A DNA stretch of 64,000 nt, from contig NC_068983.1 of the NCBI RefSeq assembly GCF_001194135.2, forward strand, positions 111,817,822 through 111,881,821, in the 5' to 3' direction. Below the pieces are notes generated by a model. The model saw only the letters and a list, made by a program, of their open reading frames with translations. It ran no database searches and had not been told where the DNA came from. Below are positions 63,560-64,000 of the stretch, in pieces. Each line of letters begins with the position of its first letter. Within the stretch, counting starts at the first letter, position 1. Both the position numbers and the translations under genes were made by a program. This stretch comes from Octopus bimaculoides (lineage: Eukaryota).

Positions 63560-64000
63560 TATGAGATGTGGGCAGTAATTACAGGACAAAAACAGGTGAA
63601 ATATGTAAACAAGAAAAAAATGGAAAACAGGACCCTTCACTAGAAAAGGACCTTTCATCAGTTGTTGGCTGTCTATCTATTCCCCATTTCGGAGGTTTGA
63701 AACAACAATATGAGTCTTCAAAGACATTTGCTCCCATAAATTCTAAAATAAAATTTAGGATTTATGGAGAGTCAAAGTTGGGAACAGAAAAATAACAGTG
63801 GAGACATTCAAGGAAACTGAACGTTAATCCAGAACGAAAGGAGAATAGTGAACGCTGGGAGAGACATTTTTTGAAAAGAGAAAAGATGGTAGAGAGAGAA
63901 AAAACGTCCAGTCGTTTAGACATCCAAGCAGGAAAAGAAAGATTGTCACATGAGGAAAAGAAGGATGGACGATGGTCACGTGTGAGCAATGAGAGAGAGA
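63560..64000 (-). mobile_element. Possible Penelope-like terminal region
   Basis: Minus-strand ccgaaa...ctgatgaaagg...tgttttcc, with similar architecture at 56595-56760. Confidence 0.35.

Noticed and set aside
28341-63658. Long ORF-track entries spanning N runs (e.g. 36693-37859, 43803-44729, 51275-52030)
   Set aside because: Open only because N codons translate as X; flanks are microsatellite translations.

Overview
AT-rich eukaryotic genomic DNA with about 12 assembly gaps and dense microsatellites. From recalled repeat families it is most likely a coleoid cephalopod (Octopus-like); that assignment is inference. No intact host gene, rRNA, true tRNA or CRISPR array is supportable. The window is a mosaic of decayed transposons: several tRNA-derived SINE families, mariner/Tc1 elements and MITEs (one full-length mariner at 46185-47458), a piggyBac MITE, L1/Tx1, CR1/L2 and R4/Dong-type LINE fragments, a Helitron helicase remnant, Penelope-like ends, and a Ty3/gypsy element with 103-bp LTRs (11742-17565). 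The most unusual structure lies inside that gypsy element. Two divergent paralogous ORF1/Gag-like genes (RRM-like region, CCHC knuckle, E/K-rich linker, shared unknown C-terminal domain; no RT) are stacked head-to-tail against the 5' boundary of the 3' LTR. Each has a conserved 3' tail, and the second is flanked by a 24-bp duplication that includes the LTR start. This suggests an LTR-targeting ORF1-only retroelement or env-position cargo. Second is a tail-outward inverted SINE pair flanked by a perfect 46-bp direct repeat (43693-44796). All alignments and translations were done by eye.
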